Part shown: one piece after another, positions 27,918 to 37,724 of the stretch
Layout of the letters: each line of letters opens with the position of its first letter
How positions within the stretch are numbered: position 1 is the stretch's first letter
NCBI GenBank assembly: GCA_965248435.1
Contig: OZ252100.1
Location: 1,856,001-1,920,000, forward strand
Length of the DNA: 64,000 bases
Direction: 5' to 3'
Source: Candidatus Latescibacterota bacterium
Lineage (GTDB): Bacteria; Latescibacterota; UBA2968; GCA-2709665
The notes under the pieces: model-generated
What the model was told of the DNA's origin: nothing
The model's database searches: none
The model's input: the letters and a program-made list of their open reading frames with translations, nothing else
Made by a program: the position numbers and the translations under genes

Positions 27918-28972
27918 CCCGAGTTCAATAAGGAAGTGCAACACTTAGGGTAGCAACTGTCCTATCCTAAGTGTATGGGAAACAATTACAAGCATCTTAC
28001 GATAGACGAACGCGAGCAGATTGCGCTTTGTCGAGCCACTGGTGCAAGCCTTAGAGATATTGCCAAGGCCCTTGACCGGAGCGCCAGCACGATTTCAAGA
28101 GAGTTGAAACGTAATCCGTCCCCGATAGCTGAGAGTTACTCGGGCCTCCAGGCTCACAGAAGGGCTGAGAAACGTAAGCGGGAGGCCGGCAAGCGGAAAC
28201 GGCTGAAGAATCCGGTTATCCGGCGATATGTCGAGACCAAACTCAAGCAAGGATGGTCTCCCGAGTTGATCGCTGGGAGGCTTCCCGAGGAGCGTCCGAG
28301 CGCGGGTATCAGCCACGAAGCCATCTACCAGTATATCTACGATCCAAAGGTGCACAAGCAGCGGGATCTGGTTGCTTGCTTATCCCGAGCTCACAAAAAA
28401 CGAAAGCCGCGGTGGCATACCCGAAAACACCGGGAAAGCCACATTCCAGGCCGTATTTCGATCGATCGACGTCCCCGTTACATCGAAAAACGGAAACAAC
28501 CTGGCCACTGGGAATCCGACACCATCATCTCTCGTGAGAGCAAACAGGCCGTTGGCGCTTGTCTTGAGCGATCGTCGAGATACCTACACCTGGCTAAGCT
28601 GGCAAAGAACGGACCCTCGGAGGTCGCCGAAGCGATTAATCGACGCCTTGGGCGACATCCTCCCCACATGAGGAAGAGCATCACATATGACAACGGATCC
28701 GAAAACGGCCAACATCAACGGGTCAACGAGGTGCTTGGCACCAAATCCTATTTCTGCAAACCGTTCCACAGCTGGGAGCGAGGCGCTGTGGAAAACGCTA
28801 TCGGTCTGGTCCGCAGATACCTCCCCAAGAAGACAGACTTCTCAAAGGTCAGCAAACACGAGTTAAAGAAAATTCAGAACCGGATCAACAACCGACCAAG
28901 AAAATGTCTTAACTTCAAAACACCAGCTGAAGTCTTCAAGTCCAAGTGTTGCACTTAGTCATTGAATCCAGC
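27918..28972 (+). mobile_element. IS30-family insertion sequence (ends approximate)
   Basis: Imperfect terminal IRs 27921-27946 / 28944-28969 (21/26 match, core AAGTGCAACACTT) flanking a transposase. Confidence 0.9.
27975..28958 (+). CDS. IS30-family transposase
   Basis: HTH (IAKALDRSASTISRELKRN), WSPELI, GHWESDT, ITYDNGSE, WERGAVEN, NNRPRKCL. Confidence 0.95.
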   Translation: MGNNYKHLTIDEREQIALCRATGASLRDIAKALDRSASTISRELKRNPSPIAESYSGLQAHRRAEKRKREAGKRKRLKNPVIRRYVETKLKQGWSPELIAGRLPEERPSAGISHEAIYQYIYDPKVHKQRDLVACLSRAHKKRKPRWHTRKHRESHIPGRISIDRRPRYIEKRKQPGHWESDTIISRESKQAVGACLERSSRYLHLAKLAKNGPSEVAEAINRRLGRHPPHMRKSITYDNGSENGQHQRVNEVLGTKSYFCKPFHSWERGAVENAIGLVRRYLPKKTDFSKVSKHELKKIQNRINNRPRKCLNFKTPAEVFKSKCCT

Positions 28973-28979
28973 ACCCTGA

Positions 28980-29930
28980 TTAACCGGCCTCCAATCTGCT
29001 CAGCACTTCACTCATGTCGTCAGGAGTCTCCGCGCGAAATTCGAGATGCTTCTCAGAAATCGGGTGAACAAAACCAAGGGTTTCCGCGTGCAGCATCGTC
29101 CGACCGGCTGCCATCAACAGCTGCCTGGCATCGATCCGAAATCGGGGATCGATTCCCTTGACCCGGACGACCCCGCCCCCATAGACCGTGTCCGAAAAGA
29201 CGGGGTGCCCCAGGTGTGCCAGATGCACACGAATCTGGTGCGTCCTACCGGTCTCGAGTCGCACTTTTAAAAACGAGAGAAAATCGTAACGCCTGGCCAC
29301 TTTGAAACGGGTGGCTGCATGTCGACCTGATTCCCGGACCGAGAGACGCTTTCGGTTTGCAGGGTCACGCCCTATAGGGGCTTCGATTCTTCCCACGTCC
29401 TCCGGAAGATGACCCCAGACGAGCACGCGATACCGTCGAACGACCGTCCGGGCTTCAAGCTGTTTGGAAAGCCCTCGATGGGCTGCATCATCTTTGGCCA
29501 CCACCAAAAGGCCAGACGTCTCTTTGTCCAGACGATGCACAATTCCGGGGCGCAGGACGCCGTTAATACCAGAAAGCTCACGGCAGTGGCCGAGTAGGGC
29601 ATTGACGAGCGTTCCAGAGCGGAGTTTCCCCGCTGGGTGTACGACCATACCGGCGGGTTTGTTGACGACCAGAATGTGTTCATCCTCAAAAAAAATATCC
29701 AGAGGGATTTCCTCTGGATCTGCGGATGCCTTCTCCACGGGGGGAAGTCGGACCTCTATGTGCTCACCGGGTGAAACTCGATAACTCGGCCGAACGGCCC
29801 TCCCATCTACATCTACCTGTCCGCTTTCGATAAGCGCCTGGACACGAGACCGGGAATGGTCCTCACAGACCGAGGCCAGCAGCCTGTCAAGTCGTTCCCC
29901 GCTATCCTCGAGGCGGACCTCCACCTTCAC
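28980..29930 (-). CDS. rluD: RluA-family pseudouridine synthase (RluD)
   Basis: S4 domain, NKPAGMVVHP, HRLDKETSG, TGRTHQIRVH. Confidence 0.93.
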   Translation of the reverse strand: MKVEVRLEDSGERLDRLLASVCEDHSRSRVQALIESGQVDVDGRAVRPSYRVSPGEHIEVRLPPVEKASADPEEIPLDIFFEDEHILVVNKPAGMVVHPAGKLRSGTLVNALLGHCRELSGINGVLRPGIVHRLDKETSGLLVVAKDDAAHRGLSKQLEARTVVRRYRVLVWGHLPEDVGRIEAPIGRDPANRKRLSVRESGRHAATRFKVARRYDFLSFLKVRLETGRTHQIRVHLAHLGHPVFSDTVYGGGVVRVKGIDPRFRIDARQLLMAAGRTMLHAETLGFVHPISEKHLEFRAETPDDMSEVLSRLEAG

Positions 29931-30387
29931 GTTCAGCCTCCTTCTCGCGCCGAAAGAAGCTGAACGCGATCAGCGTGATAACACCTGTTGTAACTGAGAA
30001 ATCGGCCAAGTTGAAAACCCACCACCGGAGACCCCCAAACCCGAAGTCGAGGAAATCGATCACTACGCCGAACCTGACCCGATCCGCGAGATTCCCAATC
30101 GCACCGCCCAGAACGAGGGACAGGCCTGCTACGGACCACCGCTCATCCCCAGGAATCCTCCAGAGCATCACGCCAACCAGGATCAGCGCAGTTCCGGCCA
30201 AAAGCAGATGGAGAAGCTTCCCGCCCAGCGTGAGCCCAAACACCGCGCCCGCATTCTGGACGTAGGTCAGCCGAAAAAAAGAGCCGAGGACAGTTATGGA
30301 CTCCCCTACCGCCATCGACTCTGTGATCAACCATTTGGAGATCTGATCCAGCAATACAACAACGCCTACGATGCAGACTGTCCTCAC
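29902..30387 (-). CDS. lspA: Lipoprotein signal peptidase II
   Basis: DQISK, NAGAVFG, GAIGNLADR, VIDF, FNLAD. Confidence 0.95.
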   Translation of the reverse strand: MRTVCIVGVVVLLDQISKWLITESMAVGESITVLGSFFRLTYVQNAGAVFGLTLGGKLLHLLLAGTALILVGVMLWRIPGDERWSVAGLSLVLGGAIGNLADRVRFGVVIDFLDFGFGGLRWWVFNLADFSVTTGVITLIAFSFFRREKEAEREGGGPPRG

Positions 30388-30440
30388 CCGGCGCTCCTAA
30401 TTCGCAGAATCTTCATGCCTTGCGGGTCGCCCAAAAATGC

Positions 30441-30806
30441 TCAATCCTCATCTGCCTCCTTGCACGGGACGCAGATAGTCGTCGTGGGAACAGCCTCCAA
30501 CCTCTCCTTTGGAATCTTCTGCTCACAGACACGACAAATCCCAAAAGTGCCTTCCTGGACCCTTTTCAAAGCCTCTTCAATCTGCGACAGGTACGCACCA
30601 TCCCGGGATGCGAAGAGAAAGGCTTTTTCCCGCTCAATGGCATCACTACCCAACTCGGGCATGTGGTCTGAATAGATCAAATCCCCGGAAGAATCCGCGG
30701 AGGTCGAATTCATGGATCGCTCTTCTAGCAATCCCAAATCGCGCATAATAGAATGCCGTTTTCCCTCGAGAAGTTTCTTGAATTTCTTCAGATTATACTC
30801 CGTCAT
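30441..30806 (-). CDS. TraR/DksA C4-type zinc finger protein
   Basis: Coiled coil plus GTFGICRVC...IPKERLEAVP...CVPC. Confidence 0.9.
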   Translation of the reverse strand: MTEYNLKKFKKLLEGKRHSIMRDLGLLEERSMNSTSADSSGDLIYSDHMPELGSDAIEREKAFLFASRDGAYLSQIEEALKRVQEGTFGICRVCEQKIPKERLEAVPTTTICVPCKEADED

Positions 30807-33800
30807 TCAGCCTCTCCAAATCCAGATCAACCGGGCTCAGAGAAACCTTTACAGGCTCTCCATTGATCTTGTGCTCCTCTCCCGTTTCCACCTCTCGAGA
30901 GTGCATGGCCAGACAAAGCGTTTCATTCTGAATGTAGTCTGAGTGTCTTCGAATCGCCTGCGATAATCGCTCCGGCGCATCGTACGTGAGCTCGATGCGA
31001 TCCGAAACTTCAAGTCCCGAGTCCTTTCGGAGATTCTGAACGTAATGCACGAACTCCCGTGCGAATCCTTCGTCCCTGAGATCATCGTCCAGTCGAGTGT
31101 CCAGGGCCACCAGCACTTCCTCCCCCCCAGCCACGGACAGACCGTCGCGTGCTCGGACCTCCACGGAGACGTCGTCGGGACCCAGCGTGACCTGCTGACC
31201 GTTCAGTTCGACGGCAACTGAGCCCTCCTGCTCCAAACGCTCCGCTGCGCCCTTTGCGTCCATTTCGCCGAGTGCCGACTTGATCTGCGGAATAAGCTTC
31301 CCATATTTCTGACCGAGGTTTCGAAAACTTGGTTTCAGCGAATAATCTATCAGTAGGTCAGGATCGTCCACGAACGAGAGCGTTTTCACGTTCAATTCCT
31401 GAAGGATTAAATCCTCCAAACGTTTCAAGGCCGCTTTACCTTCTTTTCCAACCCAAACCTCTACGGCTGGAAGGGGCTGTCGCACCTTGAGTCCGGAATC
31501 TGTACGTGCCGAACGTCCCAGGCTGACGACTTTCTTCACAAGTGACATGTCGGCCATAAGCGCCGGGTCAATCAGTTCCTCCGCAGGGTGTGGGAAATCA
31601 CAAAGATGAATGCTTGTGGGTGCATCGGCATCGAAGGAGCGACCGAGGTTCTGGTAGATCTCTTCCGAAAGAAAGGGCAGAAAAGGAGCGAGAATCTTCG
31701 ATACACTGCAGAGAACTTCGTACAATGTCAGATAGGCAGCCTGCTTATCGCTGTCGTTGTCGCTCTTCCAAAACCGCCGACGGTTGAGCCGGACGTACCA
31801 GTTGGAAAGATCATCGAAAAACGTCTCCACCGCCCTCACACCGGGGGGCAGGTTGAACTCCTCAAGACACTTTTCCACGTCCCGAATCGTGACCTGTAAC
31901 CTGGACAATATCCAACGATCCATAACAGCTCTCTGGACGGCCGGATCCGAGGCCGTTGGATCGACGCCGTCCAGCTTTGCGTACTGCACGAAAAAACGGT
32001 ACGTATTCCAGAGTGTCAGGAAACGGCGCTTGACTTCCGAGGCAGGACCAAAACCGAAGTTGAGGTTGAGAGATAGGTTCTGATCGGCGAAGAGCCACCG
32101 CATCGGCTCCGCACCCATCTCCTCGACGGCCTCGTCGAACCAGATCGCGTTCCCGAGACTCTTGTGCATCGGTTTGCCGCTCTCATCGAGCATCTTTTCG
32201 TAAGACATCACCGCCCGGTAGGGAGACCGTCCCTCGATCGTCACGCTCATAAAGAGCGTAGAATAGAACCAGAGCCGGATCTGTTCCCTCATCTCTGTTA
32301 TAAAATCGGCCGGAAACCACTTCTCCCAATCTCTGCGATCCTCCCCAAGGTATCCCAGCGTCGAAAAAGGGACGATGCCTGCATCAAGCCAGCAGTCCCC
32401 AACCTCCGGCACTCTGCGACCCGTTTTTCCAGACGAAGTCGCGATCTCCACACGGTCGATCCACGGTCTGTGAAGTTCCGGAAGTTCGTCTATGATCGAT
32501 GGGTCTAAGGCCAGCTCCTTGAGTTCCTTGCGGGATCCGACGACGGTCAATTCTCCATCGTCGGTTTCGTAGAACGGCAGGGGCAATCCCCAGTACCGTT
32601 TTCGGGAAATGCACCAGTCCCCCATGTTGTTCAGCCAGTCTTCCATACGCTTTCCGGAATGGTCAGGGATCCAGCGAACTGTTCGAGCGGCCTCAAGCAT
32701 CTGAGGTCTGATCTTGTCGCAGGAGATGAACCACTCATCCACCAGGCGGAAAACCAGTTCCTCCTTGCATCGCCAGCATTTGGGGTAGCGGTGAGGGTAG
32801 TCCTCTAGTTTATACACGTAGCCTTTCCGCTTGAGGCTCTCGAACACGAGCGGCGCTACGTCGGAGACGCTTTTGAACTCAAATTCACCAAACCCCTCGA
32901 TGTAAACACCATCTTCGTCCAGTGGAGCGATGACCGACAGATCGTGCTTTCCTGCGAGTTCGTAATCCTCCGCCCCGCAACCTGGAGCGACGTGGACGAC
33001 CCCGGTACCTTCCTCTTCGTCCACTTGGTCCCATCCAATCACCTTGTGAATCACCCCTTGCTGCGCAGGAAGCTCATCGAAGGGGCCGAGGTATGAGAGC
33101 CCGATCAATTCCTTGCCCTTCACCGTGCCGAGAATCTCATACTCCCCCTCCAAACGATCGAGGACGCCCCGCGAAACGTAGAACACCTCATCGCCCTGCC
33201 TTACCCGGGTATAACACAGATCAGGATGCACCGCCAGCGCCGTATTCGAGGTCAGCGTCCAGGGTGTGGTCGTCCAGACCATAATCGACTCTCCCTTTCG
33301 CTCTTGGATCGGCAGCTTGAGCGTTACGGCCTTATGTGTGACCTCCTCGTAGTGATCTGCCAGCTCGTGTTGAGAGAGAGAGGTGCCACATCGTGCACAC
33401 CAGGGCATCACGCGATGACCCTTGTAGAGCCACCCCTTCTCGTGACACTTCTTCAGGAAGGTCCAGATGCTCTCGATGTTGTCGTCCGAATACGTGTAGT
33501 AAGATCTTTCCCAGTCCATCCATTGCCCCAGCCGCTTGCTCGTCTTGATAATGGCCTCTGCGGCTAAGTCCACCCGCTCTCTGCACTTGCGTGAGAAATG
33601 CTCCAGCCCATATTCCAGAATGTCTTGCTTGGCGTTCAGTCCCAAGTCCTTCTCTACCTCGACTTCCACCCAGAGTCCCTGGCAATCGAATCCGTTCTGG
33701 TAGCGTTGATCGTAGCCCCGCATTGCCTTGTAGCGTTGAAATATATCCTTGTATGTTCGCCCCCACGCGTGGTGCACGCCAATGCCACGCTGGTTGTTCG

Positions 33801-33945
33801 CGGTGATCGGCCCATCGATGAAAGAAAAGGGCTCCCTTCCGGCATTCTTCTTTCGGAGTTTGCCAAAAGCGTCCACTTCCTCCCAGAAGGTCAGAATCCT
33901 TCTTTCAAGCTCGGGAAAATCCAGACTTGGAACGTCCTTAAACAT
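30793..33945 (-). CDS. ileS: Isoleucine--tRNA ligase (type 2)
   Basis: DGPITAN, GVHH, WTTTPWT, GTGVVHVAP, DWCISR, MHKSLGN and an IleRS2 C-terminus; upstream of lspA. Confidence 0.95.
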   Translation of the reverse strand: MFKDVPSLDFPELERRILTFWEEVDAFGKLRKKNAGREPFSFIDGPITANNQRGIGVHHAWGRTYKDIFQRYKAMRGYDQRYQNGFDCQGLWVEVEVEKDLGLNAKQDILEYGLEHFSRKCRERVDLAAEAIIKTSKRLGQWMDWERSYYTYSDDNIESIWTFLKKCHEKGWLYKGHRVMPWCARCGTSLSQHELADHYEEVTHKAVTLKLPIQERKGESIMVWTTTPWTLTSNTALAVHPDLCYTRVRQGDEVFYVSRGVLDRLEGEYEILGTVKGKELIGLSYLGPFDELPAQQGVIHKVIGWDQVDEEEGTGVVHVAPGCGAEDYELAGKHDLSVIAPLDEDGVYIEGFGEFEFKSVSDVAPLVFESLKRKGYVYKLEDYPHRYPKCWRCKEELVFRLVDEWFISCDKIRPQMLEAARTVRWIPDHSGKRMEDWLNNMGDWCISRKRYWGLPLPFYETDDGELTVVGSRKELKELALDPSIIDELPELHRPWIDRVEIATSSGKTGRRVPEVGDCWLDAGIVPFSTLGYLGEDRRDWEKWFPADFITEMREQIRLWFYSTLFMSVTIEGRSPYRAVMSYEKMLDESGKPMHKSLGNAIWFDEAVEEMGAEPMRWLFADQNLSLNLNFGFGPASEVKRRFLTLWNTYRFFVQYAKLDGVDPTASDPAVQRAVMDRWILSRLQVTIRDVEKCLEEFNLPPGVRAVETFFDDLSNWYVRLNRRRFWKSDNDSDKQAAYLTLYEVLCSVSKILAPFLPFLSEEIYQNLGRSFDADAPTSIHLCDFPHPAEELIDPALMADMSLVKKVVSLGRSARTDSGLKVRQPLPAVEVWVGKEGKAALKRLEDLILQELNVKTLSFVDDPDLLIDYSLKPSFRNLGQKYGKLIPQIKSALGEMDAKGAAERLEQEGSVAVELNGQQVTLGPDDVSVEVRARDGLSVAGGEEVLVALDTRLDDDLRDEGFAREFVHYVQNLRKDSGLEVSDRIELTYDAPERLSQAIRRHSDYIQNETLCLAMHSREVETGEEHKINGEPVKVSLSPVDLDLERLNDGV

Positions 33946-33965
33946 CGCCCGCGATGCTCTCCGTG

Positions 33966-34451
33966 TTATGGGCTCGTTTGCCTTGGTCGCTTGGCCCAGG
34001 CATTTGCAAGATCGAAGATCCTGGTCCGCTTTTCAACAAGCAGCGACACCTGCTCGGGCCAAAAAAGAGGTGGCAGCCGATCCATCCGAAACCATTTGTG
34101 GCTTCCTGGCCTATTAGAAGCGTAGTGATCCTTATCCGCGGCAAACAGAAAATAAGTCGTCTTCTTCCACTCTGTTTTGTCGTAGTTGAACCGCTCCTTC
34201 ACGTCCAGCAACCCAAGGAAATCGAGGTCAGTGATTCCGGCCTCCTCTTCGATCTCTCTGCGAGCCGCCTGCTCGAGCGTCTCACCACGCTCCACGTGGC
34301 CCTTTGGCAAAACAAAGTCCTCGAAATCCGCCTCCTGGACCAGCCCCACCAACAAATCCTCACCTCTCCATCGAACAACCACACCGCCAGCAGTCTCCTT
34401 CTCGGGAACCCCTTCAAGCCGGCGGTACCAACTCTCGTTGACCTTGGTCAG
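33966..34451 (-). CDS. NUDIX hydrolase (start uncertain, possibly CTG)
   Basis: Nudix box GHVERGETLEQAARREIEEEAGI; the frame extends upstream through AGGVVVR. Confidence 0.85.
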   Translation of the reverse strand: MTKVNESWYRRLEGVPEKETAGGVVVRWRGEDLLVGLVQEADFEDFVLPKGHVERGETLEQAARREIEEEAGITDLDFLGLLDVKERFNYDKTEWKKTTYFLFAADKDHYASNRPGSHKWFRMDRLPPLFWPEQVSLLVEKRTRIFDLANAWAKRPRQTSP

Positions 34452-34471
34452 TCCCCATCCCCCTGAACGCT

Positions 34472-35359
34472 TTAGTTTCGAAGATAATGACCATAAAGCA
34501 CGTTGAGTCTTTCCTTAACATCCTCACTGATCATCGCCGGATCCGTAATGATCGCGTTCCTGGCAGCGTGCAGGCACTCGCAATCGGACACCTCTGGCAG
34601 CAGTCCCGCCAGTTCCTTGATGATCGAGTTAGCCGCTTCTGCATTCGTTTTCAATACGGCGAGGACAGCTTCAATTTCAACATCGTCCTCCTCCTCGTGC
34701 CAGCAATCGTAGTCTGTTCCCATCGCGAGCATCGCATAGCACAGTTCAGCCTCCCGCGCGAGTTTCGCCTCCGGGATTCCCGTCATTCCGATGACCGCGG
34801 GATTTAGCGTCCGGCGGTAAAAGTGCGATTCAGCTCGGGTGGAGAACTGAGGTCCCTCCATACAAACGTAAGTCCCGCCTCGATGCACAGTCGTGCCACA
34901 CTTCTCCGCGGCATTGATCAAAACCTGTCGCAATTCCTCACAAAAGGGATCGGCAAACACCACGTGACCCACGATGCCGTCGCCGAAAAAAGTGGACGCC
35001 CGGATGCCCTTCGTACGGTCGAAGATCTGGTCGGGAACGACCATCTCTCCAGGCCGAATCTCCTCAGCCATGATGCCCGCGGCATTTACGGACAAAACGT
35101 GCGTGACGCCGGTCTCTTTAAGCGCGTGTATGTTCGCCCGGTAGTTTACTTCTGAGGGAAGAATCCGATGCCCGCGCCCGTGCCGGGGCAAAAAGGCGAC
35201 GGTTCGATCGCCGATTCTAGACTCTATGACCTTGTCAGAAGGTTTCCCGAATGGCGTTTCCATGCTGTGCTCAGCGACCACCTCAACGCCCTTCATCTCA
35301 TACACACCCGAGCCGCCGATGACACCCAGGCGAACCGGCAGGGGGCTTCTCTCTCCCAT
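34472..35359 (-). CDS. mtnP: S-methyl-5'-thioadenosine phosphorylase
   Basis: IGGSG, PRHG, EGPQFSTRAES, GMT, TDYDCW. Confidence 0.93.
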   Translation of the reverse strand: MGERSPLPVRLGVIGGSGVYEMKGVEVVAEHSMETPFGKPSDKVIESRIGDRTVAFLPRHGRGHRILPSEVNYRANIHALKETGVTHVLSVNAAGIMAEEIRPGEMVVPDQIFDRTKGIRASTFFGDGIVGHVVFADPFCEELRQVLINAAEKCGTTVHRGGTYVCMEGPQFSTRAESHFYRRTLNPAVIGMTGIPEAKLAREAELCYAMLAMGTDYDCWHEEEDDVEIEAVLAVLKTNAEAANSIIKELAGLLPEVSDCECLHAARNAIITDPAMISEDVKERLNVLYGHYLRN

Positions 35360-35385
35360 TCGATCAAACCTCTAATCCGCTTCTC

Positions 35386-35679
35386 TTATTTTTCCGGTCC
35401 CGCTCCCCTCAGCTTCTCTGTAACGGCCTGCAGGGAGGACGCGCCCTCGACTTCCACGACCTTGTTTTTAGACCTTAAACCTGAAACAACCCTGATCTTC
35501 GACTTGCCGAGCCGCAGCCTTCGGGAAAATAGCTCGACCAGACTGCGATTGGCTGCACCCTCTACAGGCGCGCTCGTCACACGGACTCGAATCGGCTCCT
35601 CTTCATCGCAGAAAACGATTTCGTCTCGAGAGGCCCGAGGAATAACCTGAACACGGATCCGTACGCCTTCCGCGCTCAC
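35386..35679 (-). CDS. yggU: DUF167/YggU family protein
   Basis: VIPRAS, VTSAPVEGAAN, SGLRSKNK. Confidence 0.88.
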   Translation of the reverse strand: MSAEGVRIRVQVIPRASRDEIVFCDEEEPIRVRVTSAPVEGAANRSLVELFSRRLRLGKSKIRVVSGLRSKNKVVEVEGASSLQAVTEKLRGAGPEK

Positions 35680-36245
35680 TCATTTACCCCAGGTTGCTTA
35701 CGCAAAGCTTCCTGCTCATCCTCATCCTCCATCTGACCGTTTCCACCCTCTGCTGCATCCGCCTCCTCATCCCCGGATTCTTTCGCACCGTCCCTCTCTC
35801 GGAATGACAGCTGGGAAATAAAATCCGAGTGGGCTTGCACAAGGGCCTTTAGTTTTGCCACAAAGAGATCTCGACGATTTTCCAGGTCCACCATCTCCGT
35901 GCGGATAAGATGCACCTGCGCTCTGGCCTTCTCGATCGCCCGGTTGCCCAGGATCTCAGCTTCCTTGACGATCAGTCGGCCCTCTTTCCTCGCGTTCTCT
36001 CTTACGTCTTCAGCTGTCTGCTGTGCGGTATGGAGGGTCTCCTGGAGCGTCCGCTCAATCGTTCGGAACCGATCCACCTCGGCCTGAAGTCCAGCCTCGC
36101 GTTCTCGGAGTTCAATGTTTTCGCGATTAAGTCGTTCGTACTCCTCTGCAATCATCTCCAGGAAGGCCTGCACCTCCTCCGGGTCACACCCACGAAACAC
36201 CTTACCGAATGTCTGCTTACGAATATCTAATGGAGTCAGCTTCAA
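35676..36245 (-). CDS. divIVA: DivIVA domain protein
   Basis: LTPLDIRKQTF..FRG.D.EEV..FL plus a coiled coil; TTG start after GGAGGTGA. Confidence 0.88.
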   Translation of the reverse strand: MKLTPLDIRKQTFGKVFRGCDPEEVQAFLEMIAEEYERLNRENIELREREAGLQAEVDRFRTIERTLQETLHTAQQTAEDVRENARKEGRLIVKEAEILGNRAIEKARAQVHLIRTEMVDLENRRDLFVAKLKALVQAHSDFISQLSFRERDGAKESGDEEADAAEGGNGQMEDEDEQEALRKQPGVNE

Positions 36246-36316
36246 TGAAATCACCTCCCATGTATGAAGACTGGCCATCGGGAAGAGAATGGCGTCTCCG
36301 GATCAACGGGGAGCAT

Positions 36317-36910
36317 TCAGCGAATCAGGATGCCGTAGATAGCGCCCTGAACGAAGTGAAGAAGGAAGATCAGGATAATCGGAGACAGGTCGAACATACC
36401 CAGCGGCGGGATGATCTGTCGGAAAGGGGACATGATGGGCTCCGTCACCTTGTAGAAGAACCAGGCGATCTTGCCTTCGCGCGCGAATGGCAGCCACGAA
36501 ACTACGATTCGAGCCACAATCAGAGCCAGAATTACCGATACAGTGCCGTAGAGGATCCAGCCCAAGCTTTCCACAAAGGCTCCGGAGGACAGCCCGCCGA
36601 GCATGCCGAGAAGCGCCCGGAGCACATCTTCTACAACCCACTTGAGGAAGTAGGCTGAAAGGACAGCCACAAGGATCAGAAGCAGCGAAGCCATCCCCGT
36701 ACTGCCCGGGACAGGAAGAAGCTGTGCGAACGGCCAGAGAAGCGGATCCGTAACCTGCCGGATACGGTAAGCGGCCCATCCAAAGGGACTCCACTTAAGC
36801 AAGACCCATCGAAGCGCGATCAGGACGACGATGAAGACGATGAATGCCTTGATCAGCACATCCAGGGCGGCAAGCGTGATGAGGACGAACCCGCGGAATA
36901 GGTCTACCAC
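36317..36910 (-). CDS. yggT: YggT family membrane protein
   Basis: Two repeats (VTDPLLWP; VTEPIMSPFRQIIPPLGMFDLSP). Confidence 0.88.
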   Translation of the reverse strand: MVDLFRGFVLITLAALDVLIKAFIVFIVVLIALRWVLLKWSPFGWAAYRIRQVTDPLLWPFAQLLPVPGSTGMASLLLILVAVLSAYFLKWVVEDVLRALLGMLGGLSSGAFVESLGWILYGTVSVILALIVARIVVSWLPFAREGKIAWFFYKVTEPIMSPFRQIIPPLGMFDLSPIILIFLLHFVQGAIYGILIR

Positions 36911-36922
36911 AACGTCTTCGCC

Positions 36923-37615
36923 TCAGTTAGACCTTGGTCCAAAAATCGCGGTACCGATACGAATCATGGTGGACCCTTCCTCTATGGCGACCTCAAAATC
37001 GTTCGTCATGCCCATTGAAAGATGCCCCATGGAGACTCCGCGAAACCCCGCCTGCGCGATCCGATTCCGAGCTTTGCGCAGGCTGGCAAAAGACGGCCGA
37101 ACGTCCTCAGGATCGGAGGTGAACGCTCCCATCGTCATCAGGCCGCACACATCCAGCCCCTGAATCTCAGAAATCTGTTCTACCAGATCCATCACGCGAT
37201 CGGGCGTGACCCCGAACTTTGAAACTTCACCACTCGTATTGACCTGTACCAGGACGTTTGCCCGATGTCCAACTTGCGAAGCCTGTGTTCCAATCTCCTT
37301 CGCAAGCCTGACGCTATCCACAGAGTGGATCATGCCGAACAGCGAAACCGCTGTCTTGACTTTGTTTCGCTGCAAATGCCCGACCAGGTGCCAGGAGACA
37401 GGTGCCTGTATGAGGGCTGCCTTCTCGTTTGCTTCTTGAACTCGATTCTCACCCAGGATCCGGACTCCGAAGCTCAGGGCTTCTTGTATCTCTTGGGGCG
37501 TCCTCGTCTTCGAAACCGCCACCAGGGTGATCTCCTCCGAATCTCGCCCGGCGCGTGCCGAGGCCCGCTCGATCCGCTCCCTCACCCACTGCAAATTCTC
37601 AGAAATAGAGGACAT
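36923..37615 (-). CDS. yggS: PLP homeostasis protein YggS
   Basis: LVAVSKT, GENRVQE, WHLVGHLQRNK, LSMGMTND, IRIGTAIFG. Confidence 0.95.
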   Translation of the reverse strand: MSSISENLQWVRERIERASARAGRDSEEITLVAVSKTRTPQEIQEALSFGVRILGENRVQEANEKAALIQAPVSWHLVGHLQRNKVKTAVSLFGMIHSVDSVRLAKEIGTQASQVGHRANVLVQVNTSGEVSKFGVTPDRVMDLVEQISEIQGLDVCGLMTMGAFTSDPEDVRPSFASLRKARNRIAQAGFRGVSMGHLSMGMTNDFEVAIEEGSTMIRIGTAIFGPRSN

Positions 37616-37661
37616 CAGCACGAGGTCCCCGGCCTTTCCCGAAATCGGATCAAGATTTATA

Positions 37662-37690
37662 AATATATAAAAAAATAGATAGTTTGACAA
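37662..37690 (-). promoter_or_regulatory. Sigma70-like promoter of the yggS operon
   Basis: TTGTCA-N17-TATATT in an AT-rich patch. Confidence 0.5.
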
Positions 37691-37724
37691 CATCAAACAG
37701 GTTGAAACGGACCCTTCACCACCC

